Notes under the pieces: generated by a model | Seen by the model: the letters and a program-made list of their open reading frames with translations, nothing else | The model's database searches: none | What the model was told of the DNA's origin: nothing | Origin: Pelagibacteraceae bacterium AG-313-A04 | GTDB lineage: Bacteria > Pseudomonadota > Alphaproteobacteria > Pelagibacterales > Pelagibacteraceae | NCBI GenBank assembly: GCA_003284275.1 | Contig: QBVU01000005.1 | Span: forward strand, 955-64,954 | Length of the DNA stretch: 64,000 nt | Direction: 5' to 3' | Part shown: positions 46,560 to 59,841 of the stretch, in pieces | Numbering within the stretch: the stretch's first letter is position 1 | Layout of the letters: each line of letters begins with the position of its first letter | Made by a program: the position numbers and the translations under genes

Positions 46560-47819
46560 CTAATTAAATCTCTTTGAGCTGTATGGAGTTAAATCTAAAT
46601 TTGTTTTTTCTCCTGCAACTATTTTAGAAATAATTTTGCCTGTAATAGCGCCTAATGTCCAGCCTAAATGCTGATGTCCAAAAGCATAGATAATATTTTT
46701 ATTCTTTAAAGAAGGTCCAAGAATTGGTAGAAAATCTGGAAGTGTGGGTCTAAAACCTAACCATTCATCCTCATGTTTACCAAGATCAGGCAGAAGTTCT
46801 TTTGCACATTTGATAATATAATCGATCCTTTTTTTAGATGGTGGATTATTTAAACCACCTAATTCTACAGTACCAACTGCTCTTAAACCTTGATTCATTG
46901 GTGTCATACCAAATCCCCTATCTAAGAATATTACTGGTCGACTTATCAAGCGGTCTTTTCCTTTAAAATGAACATGGTATCCTCTTTCAGTATCTAGAGG
47001 AATATTCTCTCCTAATTGATCGGTAAGCAGTTTAGAAAAAGCTCCAGATGCTATAACAGTTTTTTCAAATTTGTACTCTTCTTTTTCTGATCTTATTGCT
47101 GTTTCATTTGAATTTATTTGCTCTAGATTTTTAATATTAGTTTGTATAAACTTGCCTCCTCGATCTAAAAATAATTTAAATATTCTTTTCAGTATTCCAT
47201 GAGGATCTCTTGCATGCATTGCATTCTCGTAAATCACTCCTGCGTCAAATACAGGTTGTAAATTCGGTTCTAAATCTAAAACTTCTCTTTGTGATAAAAG
47301 TTTTTGCTCAATGCCTAATTCTTTTCGAACCTTTATCTCTAAATTTCTACTTTTTAAATTTTTATTTGTCCAAATGTAAATGATCCCTTTTCTTTCGACT
47401 AATCCAGTTGTGTCAATTTCTTGAAATATTTCTTCATAAGCATCATTTGATAAGCTTAGGATTTGATGCATATTCTTCGCGGTATGCATCATTGAATGAT
47501 GGTTGCAATTTTTAAAATAATGTAAAAACCAATTAAACATTTTTGGAATGTAATTCCATTTGAGAGCTAAGGGCCCATAAGAACTGATCAACATCTTGGG
47601 AACATCGTATAAAACATCCGGACGGTTAAACTGTAAAACTGCATAGGGAGAAAAGTGACCCGCATTTCCGTATGATGCAGCCTTAAACTCATTTGATAAA
47701 GGATCATGTCTATCAAAGATAGTTACAGGTATTCTTTTTTTAATTAATTGTAATCCAGTGCAAACACCTTGAATTCCAGATCCTATTATTCCGACAGATT
47801 TACATTTATAATTTTCCAT
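46560..47819 (-). CDS. D-amino acid dehydrogenase-like FAD oxidoreductase (DadA/DAO family)
   Basis: IIGSGIQG, ASYGNAG, ERGYH, WLGFRPTLPD, FGHQHLGWT; start placed at ATG 47819, 6 nt after TATAAT. Confidence 0.85.
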   Translation of the reverse strand: MENYKCKSVGIIGSGIQGVCTGLQLIKKRIPVTIFDRHDPLSNEFKAASYGNAGHFSPYAVLQFNRPDVLYDVPKMLISSYGPLALKWNYIPKMFNWFLHYFKNCNHHSMMHTAKNMHQILSLSNDAYEEIFQEIDTTGLVERKGIIYIWTNKNLKSRNLEIKVRKELGIEQKLLSQREVLDLEPNLQPVFDAGVIYENAMHARDPHGILKRIFKLFLDRGGKFIQTNIKNLEQINSNETAIRSEKEEYKFEKTVIASGAFSKLLTDQLGENIPLDTERGYHVHFKGKDRLISRPVIFLDRGFGMTPMNQGLRAVGTVELGGLNNPPSKKRIDYIIKCAKELLPDLGKHEDEWLGFRPTLPDFLPILGPSLKNKNIIYAFGHQHLGWTLGAITGKIISKIVAGEKTNLDLTPYSSKRFN

Positions 47820-47864
47820 AAGGAAATTATATTGCAATGTTTTTGAAAATAGTAGTGCGGTAGA

Positions 47865-48332
47865 TTAGGCGATAGCCTCTTTATTAACGACTTCTGATCT
47901 TTCCTCGGAATTATCTGAAGTTTCTTTCTTGTCTTTTTTATTAAATAAAAAGCTGTCAGCTAATTTAGATTTTGAGCTATTAGTTTTCTTGATATAACCA
48001 TCAATATCTGCACCATTTTCAGTCCTTAGATTAGTTCCAAACTCTATGTCACCTTTTACAGTTCCAGTAGCTCCTATAACTATGTTTTGAGCTATAACTT
48101 TTCCATCTAAATGACCATGTATTTCTACATCATCTGCTTCAATTGATCCTGTGATCGAACCTGTGTCTCGAACAATTAGCTCCTTTGAAAACACTGGGCC
48201 TTTAACTAAGCCAGCAACATCGATAGCGCCGGAGCTATTAATTGTACCCTCGATGCTTACTGTCTCGCTGATAAGCGATCTTTCCGAGTCTTTTATTTTT
48301 ATTTTTTTGTCACCAAACATATAATTCTTCAT
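47865..48332 (-). CDS. Bactofilin (polymer-forming cytoskeletal protein)
   Basis: Beta-helix repeats SLI....IEGTI..G...V.G.V.G, G.I.G.I.A..V.I.G...G.V.A, G.V.GDI. Confidence 0.87.
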   Translation of the reverse strand: MKNYMFGDKKIKIKDSERSLISETVSIEGTINSSGAIDVAGLVKGPVFSKELIVRDTGSITGSIEADDVEIHGHLDGKVIAQNIVIGATGTVKGDIEFGTNLRTENGADIDGYIKKTNSSKSKLADSFLFNKKDKKETSDNSEERSEVVNKEAIA

Positions 48333-48400
48333 AAATTAATCATCTTCTCTAGTTTTATGCAAGTTATTTTTTAAATTAAATTTATTCATTTTAGGTTTAA

Positions 48401-49525
48401 TTAATTTACAGGGACATCCTTATAAATTTTACACGACATGGCTATTCCAAGACCAAACATGATTGCTAACATGGAAGATCCACCATATGACATGATAGGA
48501 AGAGGCGAACCTACAATAGGTAGCAGCCCTAGAACCATCATCATATTTACTACTACATAAATAAAGAAAGCGGTAGCAAAGCTGTAACAGTATAATTTAC
48601 CAAAATTGCTCCTAGTTATATTTCCAATTCTAATTATTCTATAAATAATAAGTGCATATAATAGTAAAATGAATAATGATCCAAAAAACCCAAACTCTTC
48701 AGAAAATAAAGTAAATATAAAGTCAGTATGTTTTTCTGGCAAATAATCCAAATAACTCTGAGAGCCGTTTAAAAAACCTTTTCCAAATAGGCCACCAGAT
48801 CCTATTGCTATTTTAGATTGAATAATTTGATACCCTGCTCCAAGCGGGTCTCTTTCCGGATTTAAAAAAGTTAATATCCTTGATTTTTGATACGGTTTTA
48901 AAAAAGATATCGCTATTGGTAATAATGCAATCATTGAAATGCCTGAATAAATAAAAAATTTTGCCCTTACTCCAGCAAGCCAAGCAACAACTATCCCTCC
49001 TGCCGCAATCAAAATTGCGGTTCCAAGATCTGGCTGTGTGGCAACAAGGATTATTGGACCAATTAGAACCGTGATGGGTAAAATTAAATGCTTGAAGCTA
49101 TTTATGTTTTCAATTGAAATACGATGATAATATTTTGCTAAAAATAAAATTAAACCAATTTTCATTAATTCGGATGGTTGAAGAACCATAAAATAAAGAT
49201 CTAACCATCTTTTAGAGCCCGATGATGTTAAGCCAAAATATTTAACAGCAAGCAATAGAAGAAAAATTCCAGAATAAATTAAGTAACTCGATCCATGCCA
49301 GAATCTTATTTGTATGAAAGATATTACAAAAAACATTCCAAAAAAAACAAAGAAACGTAAAATATGACTATTTGTGTGATATTTGAACTCACCACCATCT
49401 GTAGAATACATTGCGAACATGCTAATAATACCGAGTACTAAAATCGATATTGCCAATACATAATCGATAGATAAAATTTTATCCCTAAACGTGTATGATG
49501 ATTGGATTGATCTTTGTTGCAACAT
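48401..49525 (-). CDS. rodA: Rod shape-determining SEDS glycosyltransferase RodA
   Basis: GSKRW, QPSELMK, QPDLGT, YLPEKHTDFIF, SYGGSS. Confidence 0.95.
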   Translation of the reverse strand: MLQQRSIQSSYTFRDKILSIDYVLAISILVLGIISMFAMYSTDGGEFKYHTNSHILRFFVFFGMFFVISFIQIRFWHGSSYLIYSGIFLLLLAVKYFGLTSSGSKRWLDLYFMVLQPSELMKIGLILFLAKYYHRISIENINSFKHLILPITVLIGPIILVATQPDLGTAILIAAGGIVVAWLAGVRAKFFIYSGISMIALLPIAISFLKPYQKSRILTFLNPERDPLGAGYQIIQSKIAIGSGGLFGKGFLNGSQSYLDYLPEKHTDFIFTLFSEEFGFFGSLFILLLYALIIYRIIRIGNITRSNFGKLYCYSFATAFFIYVVVNMMMVLGLLPIVGSPLPIMSYGGSSMLAIMFGLGIAMSCKIYKDVPVN

Positions 49526-51459
49526 TAAACAGGTTCTCCCTCTAAATTATTTACATTTCTTCTAAGTTCGTGTCTCTCAAGAACTTTTTTGATAACTCGC
49601 TTGGCTATTGGAGCAGCAGTTTTACCACCTGATCCCCCATGTTCTACTAAAACACTTATTGCATATTGAGGTTCTTTGTATGGAGCAAATGCCACAAATA
49701 ACGCATGATCTCTGTCTTTGTATGGCAAACTTTCTTGTTTAACTTCTGCTTCTCTCTGCTCTTCTGTAAATCTTTTTACCTGAGATGAACCTGTTTTTCC
49801 CGCGAAAGTAAATTTTGGATTTTCAAATCTATGTCTGTAAGATGTTCCTCCAGGTTCATTGGAAGATGAAAACATTGCATCTTTAATTAAATTTATATGT
49901 TCTTGATTTTTAAATAATGGTTTTAAGTTAAAATTGGAAATTAATAAATCTGTTGGAAGAGGTTGATTGGGGTTTTCATTTTTAAATTTTAAATAATCTC
50001 TTAAATCATCATTTTTACCCTCAAATATTATTCTTGGTTTAATTTCAAATCCTCCATTAGCAATTTGAGCTGTCATTAAACAAAGTTGTAATGGCGTACT
50101 TTGAAAATAACCCTGTCCAATTCCTGAGTGTAATGTTTCACCTAAATACCAGTTTTGTCCAATAAATTTTTTCTTCCATTTCGTGTTAGGTACAACACCA
50201 GATCTCTCCTCTATAAAATCGGTCAAAACTTTTTTACCCAAACCAAATCTTTTTGCAGTTTCAGATAATCGATCAACTCCTAATTTTCTTGCAACCTCGT
50301 AAAAATAAACATCACAAGATCTTTGAATACCTTTTCTAAGATTTACTATGCCGTGTCCATCTTTTTCCCAACAATGAAATTTTTCGCCGAATAATTCTAT
50401 TTTTCCTTTACATCTAAATGTATCTAAAGGTCTTATGATTTTGTTCTCTAGAGCGCTTAAAGCTACTAAGGTTTTAATTGTTGAGCCTGGAGGATATAAA
50501 CCTGATAAAGCTTTATTAGCCAGGGGCTTCTTTTCATTTTTTATCAAACTATTCCAATATTTTTTTTCTAATCCATGTACAAACTGATTAGGTTCAAAGG
50601 TTGGAGAAGAGACTAAAGACACGATATCACCATTATAAATATCCATGACACAAACTGCTGCTGCTTTATCTTTTAATAACTCAGAAGTAAATTTTTGTAC
50701 CTCATAATCTAAGGTTGTTTTAAATTCTTTCCCTGCTTGACCTTCGTCAATTTTAATTTCTCTAATTCTTTTACCATAGGCATTAACTTCATATCTTTGA
50801 TAACCACGTTTACCTATAATCTGTTCATCTAGTTTTCTCTCTAAACCAGTTTTTCCAATTGCCATACCTGGAACTGCTAAATCTTGAAGATATTCTTTTG
50901 TTTGTAAATCTTTTTCGCTTATTTGTGATACATATCCCAAAATATGAGCTGAGGAATTATCTGGATAAGTTCTTGCGACAGATACAATTGGTTCCACACC
51001 TTCAAGTTCGTGTAAAAATAAATTTATTCTTGAAAAATCAGACCATTTTAAATTTTCAGAAACTATTACCGGTTCCCAAGGTTTTTGTTTTTTTATAACT
51101 CTTTTTAAAAAAGAAACTTTTTTATCACTAATATTTAATATCGCTTTTAGTCTTACAAATAAATTGTCTAAATCTTTTGCATTTTCTGGAACTAAATGAA
51201 CTTGATAAAGTGGTTCATTTGAAGCAATTTCTGTATTAAAGTAATCTTTTATCGCTCCTCTTTCTGGAGCTAACTTCCATTCTCTAAATCGATTTTTATC
51301 TGATAAAGATTTATATTTTGTAGCTTGATTAATTTGAAGAGAGATAAGTCTTCCTACAAGCCCTACCATTACTACAGCTTTTGCAGCAGTAATTAAAAAC
51401 ATTCTTCTACTTATTAATTTTGATTTGATGACGGTATTTCCTGAACCTGGGCTAAGCAT
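49525..51459 (-). CDS. mrdA: Penicillin-binding protein 2
   Basis: YPPGSTIK (SxxK), SCD (SxD), KTG motifs. Confidence 0.95.
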   Translation of the reverse strand: MLSPGSGNTVIKSKLISRRMFLITAAKAVVMVGLVGRLISLQINQATKYKSLSDKNRFREWKLAPERGAIKDYFNTEIASNEPLYQVHLVPENAKDLDNLFVRLKAILNISDKKVSFLKRVIKKQKPWEPVIVSENLKWSDFSRINLFLHELEGVEPIVSVARTYPDNSSAHILGYVSQISEKDLQTKEYLQDLAVPGMAIGKTGLERKLDEQIIGKRGYQRYEVNAYGKRIREIKIDEGQAGKEFKTTLDYEVQKFTSELLKDKAAAVCVMDIYNGDIVSLVSSPTFEPNQFVHGLEKKYWNSLIKNEKKPLANKALSGLYPPGSTIKTLVALSALENKIIRPLDTFRCKGKIELFGEKFHCWEKDGHGIVNLRKGIQRSCDVYFYEVARKLGVDRLSETAKRFGLGKKVLTDFIEERSGVVPNTKWKKKFIGQNWYLGETLHSGIGQGYFQSTPLQLCLMTAQIANGGFEIKPRIIFEGKNDDLRDYLKFKNENPNQPLPTDLLISNFNLKPLFKNQEHINLIKDAMFSSSNEPGGTSYRHRFENPKFTFAGKTGSSQVKRFTEEQREAEVKQESLPYKDRDHALFVAFAPYKEPQYAISVLVEHGGSGGKTAAPIAKRVIKKVLERHELRRNVNNLEGEPV

Positions 51460-51964
51460 CTTGAGATCCTATAAAGCTCATTTGATAAAGATGAAATAAA
51501 AACCAAAAAACTGGGAACAAAAACAGTGTAAAGAAAGTATTATAACCAATTTTTGAGTAGGAAATTACAACTTCCGAGAAATTATTTAACAAAGAAAAGA
51601 ATATTAAATTAGCAAACAATAAAGCTATTAAGAATGTAAACCAGTCAGACGCAATTGTAGTGTTGACACTTTTGTTTCTAACGTAATTACCAACAAAACA
51701 GACCATCAAATAAGATAAAGAACTTATACCTAAAGGAAAACCCATTACTACATCGTTAATGAGTCCTACGAAAAAAATATGTCCCGTTCCCATTAAATTT
51801 GGTCGTTTTATTACCCAATAATAAATTATGATGATTTGTAAATTTAAAGAAAAAACTTCGAATAATTTTTCTAAATTTGTATCAACTTCACTAATAGACA
51901 AGTAGTAAAGCAAAAATAAAGGGCCGGCTGAGAATAATTTATTTAAAATATTTCCTTTGGCCAT
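51452..51964 (-). CDS. mreD: Rod shape-determining protein MreD
   Basis: Hydrophobic; YW...RP, GL..D...G.PLG; between mreC and mrdA. Confidence 0.85.
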   Translation of the reverse strand: MAKGNILNKLFSAGPLFLLYYLSISEVDTNLEKLFEVFSLNLQIIIIYYWVIKRPNLMGTGHIFFVGLINDVVMGFPLGISSLSYLMVCFVGNYVRNKSVNTTIASDWFTFLIALLFANLIFFSLLNNFSEVVISYSKIGYNTFFTLFLFPVFWFLFHLYQMSFIGSQDA

Positions 51965-52809
51965 TAAAAAACTTCCTTGCTTGGTTTTATTAAGTTTACT
52001 GTTACGAAAGATAATTGGTTAGGATCCACGAACAGCTCTACTTCTCCATTATCTTTTGTTTTTCCAATAGGAGTTCCTGCATTGAATATACCGTCTTTTC
52101 CAGAGGCAAAAACAGTAATATCATCCATAAATTGATAATCTTCAGGTAGATATTCCAATGTAGGTTTTCGCGTCCCTCCTCCAGTAAGTATAGCTTGTGT
52201 ACTTTTTTCATCAAATGTGACTGGGATTCTACTATTCAAATCATTTAGCAATAATACTCTTGCTGATAAGTAATTTGTTTCAACTATACGTCCAACTAAA
52301 TATTTATTTTGAGTGACAGGCATTCCCTTTACAATTCCTTCTTTGCTTCCTTTATTAATAATTATTGATTTTAAGAATGGACTATTTCTATCTACTAAAA
52401 CTTTGGCAAGAACTACATTCGAAACACTTTGTACATCCTCGGTATCAAGAACCTTTTTCAAATTTTTATTTTCATTAGATATGTACTCTAAATTAAGATC
52501 GAGTGATTTATAACGTTCTATCACTTGCCTTAATTCTTCATTCTCTTTTTTTAAATTGAAATGACTTGCTACTCCTTGATTAATTCCAGGGAATAGTCGA
52601 GTTGGAGCAGAAGCTAAATAGGTTACTCTATAAACTACATCATTAATGAAACTTCTTGCAGTTTTTACTACAGTAAAACCATAAACATCTAAGAAGAAAA
52701 CAATTAATGCAACGATAATAAGAGAAAATATTGAAAATTTTTGAGTTGCCCCTCTTTGTAAGAGGGCTGAACGAAAAGCTATACTAAAATCATCTCTACT
52801 AACTGACAT
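51964..52809 (-). CDS. mreC: Rod shape-determining protein MreC
   Basis: N-terminal TM, coiled coil (EN..L), INKG...G, LVGRI, SG.DG.F. Confidence 0.92.
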   Translation of the reverse strand: MSVSRDDFSIAFRSALLQRGATQKFSIFSLIIVALIVFFLDVYGFTVVKTARSFINDVVYRVTYLASAPTRLFPGINQGVASHFNLKKENEELRQVIERYKSLDLNLEYISNENKNLKKVLDTEDVQSVSNVVLAKVLVDRNSPFLKSIIINKGSKEGIVKGMPVTQNKYLVGRIVETNYLSARVLLLNDLNSRIPVTFDEKSTQAILTGGGTRKPTLEYLPEDYQFMDDITVFASGKDGIFNAGTPIGKTKDNGEVELFVDPNQLSFVTVNLIKPSKEVF

Positions 52810-52827
52810 TTTTTAAGTAAAGACAAA

Positions 52828-55432
<2,605 letters not shown>

Positions 55433-55533
55433 AAACTTAATTTGTTTTTACAAAAGCTCCCCATAATACAATCAAAGATAGAATTTGCAAATTATTATGT
55501 CTTCAATAAGTGCTATTCAGGAGTCAGATTGGG

Positions 55534-56556
<1,023 letters not shown>

Positions 56557-56563
56557 TTAACTC

Positions 56564-57115
56564 CTATTGTGTAAAAACTTCATCACCTTTTGTCATTGCA
56601 ACTGCACCAGTTCTAGAAACACTTATAAGTCCTAACGGTTTTAAGGCTACAACTAACTTATCAATATCCCTTCTTAAAGCAGTTACTTGTATAACAAAAG
56701 ACTTTTTTGTTTTATCTAATATAATTCCATTGTGTTTTTTACATAATTTCTTTGCTTTATCTAGTTTTTTTGAGGCGCCAACTATTTTAAGCAAAGCAAG
56801 TTCTTTGAATAAAATTTTCGGATCATTCCTAGAAAAGTCTGCTACTTTATGAACTGGAATTAATTTTCCCAGCTGTAATTTGATCTGCTGGATAACCTCA
56901 GGAGTTCCTTTGGTAACGATAGTAATCCTTGATAAGTGTTTTTTCTTATCTATCTCAGCTACTGCTAAAGACTCAATGTTATAACCTCTACCGGAAAATA
57001 ATCCAATAACTCTTGCTAAAACTCCCGATTCATTATCTACCCATACAACAATTATGTGATGATCCTCTTTTCCAAATTTTGTTGGTTGGCTGTATGCTGA
57101 TTTTGGTTTAGGCAT
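56564..57115 (-). CDS. ilvH: Acetolactate synthase small subunit
   Basis: NESGVLARV.GLFSGRGYNIESL ACT domain. Confidence 0.94.
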   Translation of the reverse strand: MPKPKSAYSQPTKFGKEDHHIIVVWVDNESGVLARVIGLFSGRGYNIESLAVAEIDKKKHLSRITIVTKGTPEVIQQIKLQLGKLIPVHKVADFSRNDPKILFKELALLKIVGASKKLDKAKKLCKKHNGIILDKTKKSFVIQVTALRRDIDKLVVALKPLGLISVSRTGAVAMTKGDEVFTQ

Positions 57116-58884
57116 TAAACTAAAGTTTTTCCTTCATCCGAAACTTCTTCTTTTTCATCTTCAGGTCCAAGAAGCATTTGATTATGGGGTTTTCCAGAAG
57201 GTATCATTGGATAACAGTTTTCTACTTTATCAACTACACAATCAAAAATAACAGGTTTATCTGTGTTAATCATCTCTTTAATCTTTTCGTCTAGTTCATC
57301 AGGAGTTTTTGCTCTGATTCCAACGGCACCATAGGCTTCGGCTAACTTAACAAAATCTGGTAAAGCTTCAGTGTAACTTTCAGAATAATTTTTATCGTGC
57401 AGCAATTCTTGCCATTGCCGAACCATTCCCATGTATTCATTATTTAAAATAAAAATCTTAACTGGTAATCTATATTGTATTGCAGTCGACATCTCTTGAA
57501 TGTTCATTAGAATTGAAGCTTCACCAGCGATATCTACTACTAGTTTTTTTGGGTGAGCTATTTGAACACCGATAGCTGCGGGTAAACCATATCCCATAGT
57601 TCCAAGACCTCCGGAAGTCATCCATCTATTAGGCCTATTAAACTTATAATGTTGTGCAGCCCACATTTGGTGCTGTCCAACTTCTGTTGTAATAAAAGTA
57701 TCCTGATCTTTAGTTAATTCGTAAAGTCTTTGTACAGCGTGCTGTGGCTTTATCGTCTCTTTGCTATTAATAAAATTTAAAGATTTCTTTTCTCTCCATT
57801 TATCAATTTGACTCCACCACTTTGCAGTTTTTTGTTTATTTGAGTCAATAAAATTTTTATTTTTTTCTTTAAATCTTTTTAAAACTGCTTGTAACAATTC
57901 TGTTACATCGCTTGTAATAGCTAAATCAACTTTTACGTTTTTTCCAATTGAAGATGGATCTATATCTATGTGAATTTTTTTTGATTTAGGTGAAAACTCA
58001 TCTATTTTTCCTGTTATTCTGTCATCAAACCTTGCTCCAATATTGATCATTAAGTCACAATCATGCATAGCATTATTAGCTTCATAAGTACCATGCATGC
58101 CAAGCATTCCTAAAAACTGAGGATCGTCACCCGGGAAAGCTCCTAAACCTTGAAGAGTAGAAGTAATAGGAAAACCAGTTAATGAAACCAGTTCTCTTAA
58201 AAGTTCGCTCGCTTTTGGGCCTGAATTTATTACTCCTCCGCCTGTATAAAAAATAGGTTTAGAAGATTTTTTTATCATCTCAATAAAATTATCTACGTCT
58301 TTTAAATTTATTTTATTAGATAGAGCGCCATTCAATTTTTTTTCTAATTTGTTTTTACTTATTTTATAAATACCTTTGTTGAATTGAATATCTTTGGGAA
58401 TATCAACTAATACTGGTCCTGGTCGACCTGTTGTTGCGATTTTAAAAGCTTGATTCATAATGTCTGCTAAATCATTTACATCTTTCACTAACCAATTATG
58501 TTTTGTACATGGTCTTGTGATACCTGTTGTGTCACATTCTTGAAATGCATCTGTTCCGATTAAATGTGTTGGGACTTGTCCTGAAATACAAACTACAGGA
58601 ATTGAGTCCATGTAAGCATCAGTCAACGCTGTAACTGCATTCGTTGCTCCTGGACCTGATGTAACTAATAAAACTCCCGGCTTACCACTTGATCTTGCAT
58701 AACCTTCCGCAGCATGACCTGCGCCTTGTTCATGTCTCGCTAAAATATGTTTAATTGATTTATGATTTTTTAATTCATCGTAAATTGGAAGCACGGCTCC
58801 CCCTGGATAACCAAAAATATATTCAACTTTTTGGTCTTCCAATGCTTTAAATACTATTTCCGCTCCACTGAATAATTTTGGCAT
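57115..58884 (-). CDS. ilvI: Acetolactate synthase large subunit
   Basis: FGYPGGAV, RHEQ, TSGPGATN, SGGLGTMGYG, GMVRQWQ. Confidence 0.95.
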   Translation of the reverse strand: MPKLFSGAEIVFKALEDQKVEYIFGYPGGAVLPIYDELKNHKSIKHILARHEQGAGHAAEGYARSSGKPGVLLVTSGPGATNAVTALTDAYMDSIPVVCISGQVPTHLIGTDAFQECDTTGITRPCTKHNWLVKDVNDLADIMNQAFKIATTGRPGPVLVDIPKDIQFNKGIYKISKNKLEKKLNGALSNKINLKDVDNFIEMIKKSSKPIFYTGGGVINSGPKASELLRELVSLTGFPITSTLQGLGAFPGDDPQFLGMLGMHGTYEANNAMHDCDLMINIGARFDDRITGKIDEFSPKSKKIHIDIDPSSIGKNVKVDLAITSDVTELLQAVLKRFKEKNKNFIDSNKQKTAKWWSQIDKWREKKSLNFINSKETIKPQHAVQRLYELTKDQDTFITTEVGQHQMWAAQHYKFNRPNRWMTSGGLGTMGYGLPAAIGVQIAHPKKLVVDIAGEASILMNIQEMSTAIQYRLPVKIFILNNEYMGMVRQWQELLHDKNYSESYTEALPDFVKLAEAYGAVGIRAKTPDELDEKIKEMINTDKPVIFDCVVDKVENCYPMIPSGKPHNQMLLGPEDEKEEVSDEGKTLV

Positions 58885-58918
58885 TCATACAATCTAGCCT
58901 AGAAATACCAACCGTCAA
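58885..58918 (-). promoter_or_regulatory. Putative leaderless promoter of ilvIHC
   Basis: TTGACG-16nt-TAGATT-6nt-ATG; no SD and no room for an attenuator. Confidence 0.5.
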
Positions 58919-58921
58919 GTT

Positions 58922-59839
58922 TTAGCTGATGACTTTTAATGTTTTTTTTAAAAGAATTGAGAAATTTTTGAAATATAGCTTGTTCCAATTCTTCATATGT
59001 CCCCGAGCCCATGTATTTTGTCTTTTAGCGTACTGTCTTGTCTTTATATTGATAAGTTCTTTACATTCGTCTAATGAGATACTGCCTTTAATAAATTGAT
59101 TAATTTCTTGAACTCCTATCAATTTATTGGCTGATAAGCTTTTATTTAGCCTCATTGTGTTAAATCTTTTAACCTCTTTTAAACAATTTTCTTTAAACAT
59201 AAGCTCTGTTCTTTTTGAAATATTAAGAAGTAGGTCTATCCTTGGGATATCTATAAAAACTTTTCTTAAATCGAAATCCAAAAAATCTGATTTAGTTTTA
59301 GCAAACCAGTCAAATAAAGACTTTTTCGTTTTAAGTTTTACTTCATAAGCTCTTTGTATCCTTTGGGAGTCTTTTGGATTAATTCTATTTTTAACTTTAG
59401 GGTCTAGCTCTAAAAGTTTCTCATAAAACTTTTTTGATCCAAGTTTTTTAAATAAAAATCTCACATTATTTCTCGTTTTGGTGTCTATATCTGGAATTTT
59501 ACTTATTCCTTTCGTAATAGTGTTAAAATATAGACCAGTGCCTCCAACAATGATTGGAATTTTTTTCTTCTTTAAACATAAGTGAACTCTCTTTTTTACT
59601 TCCTTGAGCCAGTCACCCGCGGAGAAATATTTTTTAACAGAAACTATGCCGTACAAATAATGTTTAATTTTTTTTGTTTCAGAACTTCTCGGCCTTGAGG
59701 ATAAAATAGAAAACTCTTTATAGATTTGCATACTATCAGCATTTATGATTTCCCCATTTATTTTTTTTGCTAAATGAATTGCTAATTTTGATTTTCCTGA
59801 AGCTGTGGGTCCTGCTAAGAGAATAATTTTTTTTGACAA
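58922..59839 (-). CDS. miaA: tRNA dimethylallyltransferase (TTG start)
   Basis: GPTASGKS, NADSMQIY, VGGTGLY, TRQYAKRQ.TW. Confidence 0.95.
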   Translation of the reverse strand: MSKKIILLAGPTASGKSKLAIHLAKKINGEIINADSMQIYKEFSILSSRPRSSETKKIKHYLYGIVSVKKYFSAGDWLKEVKKRVHLCLKKKKIPIIVGGTGLYFNTITKGISKIPDIDTKTRNNVRFLFKKLGSKKFYEKLLELDPKVKNRINPKDSQRIQRAYEVKLKTKKSLFDWFAKTKSDFLDFDLRKVFIDIPRIDLLLNISKRTELMFKENCLKEVKRFNTMRLNKSLSANKLIGVQEINQFIKGSISLDECKELINIKTRQYAKRQNTWARGHMKNWNKLYFKNFSILLKKTLKVIS

Positions 59840-59841
59840 AA

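Noticed and set aside
55433-55533. Possible leuA attenuator or leader peptide
   Set aside because: No Leu-rich mini-ORF or terminator hairpin; only a plausible TTGCAA/TATTAT promoter
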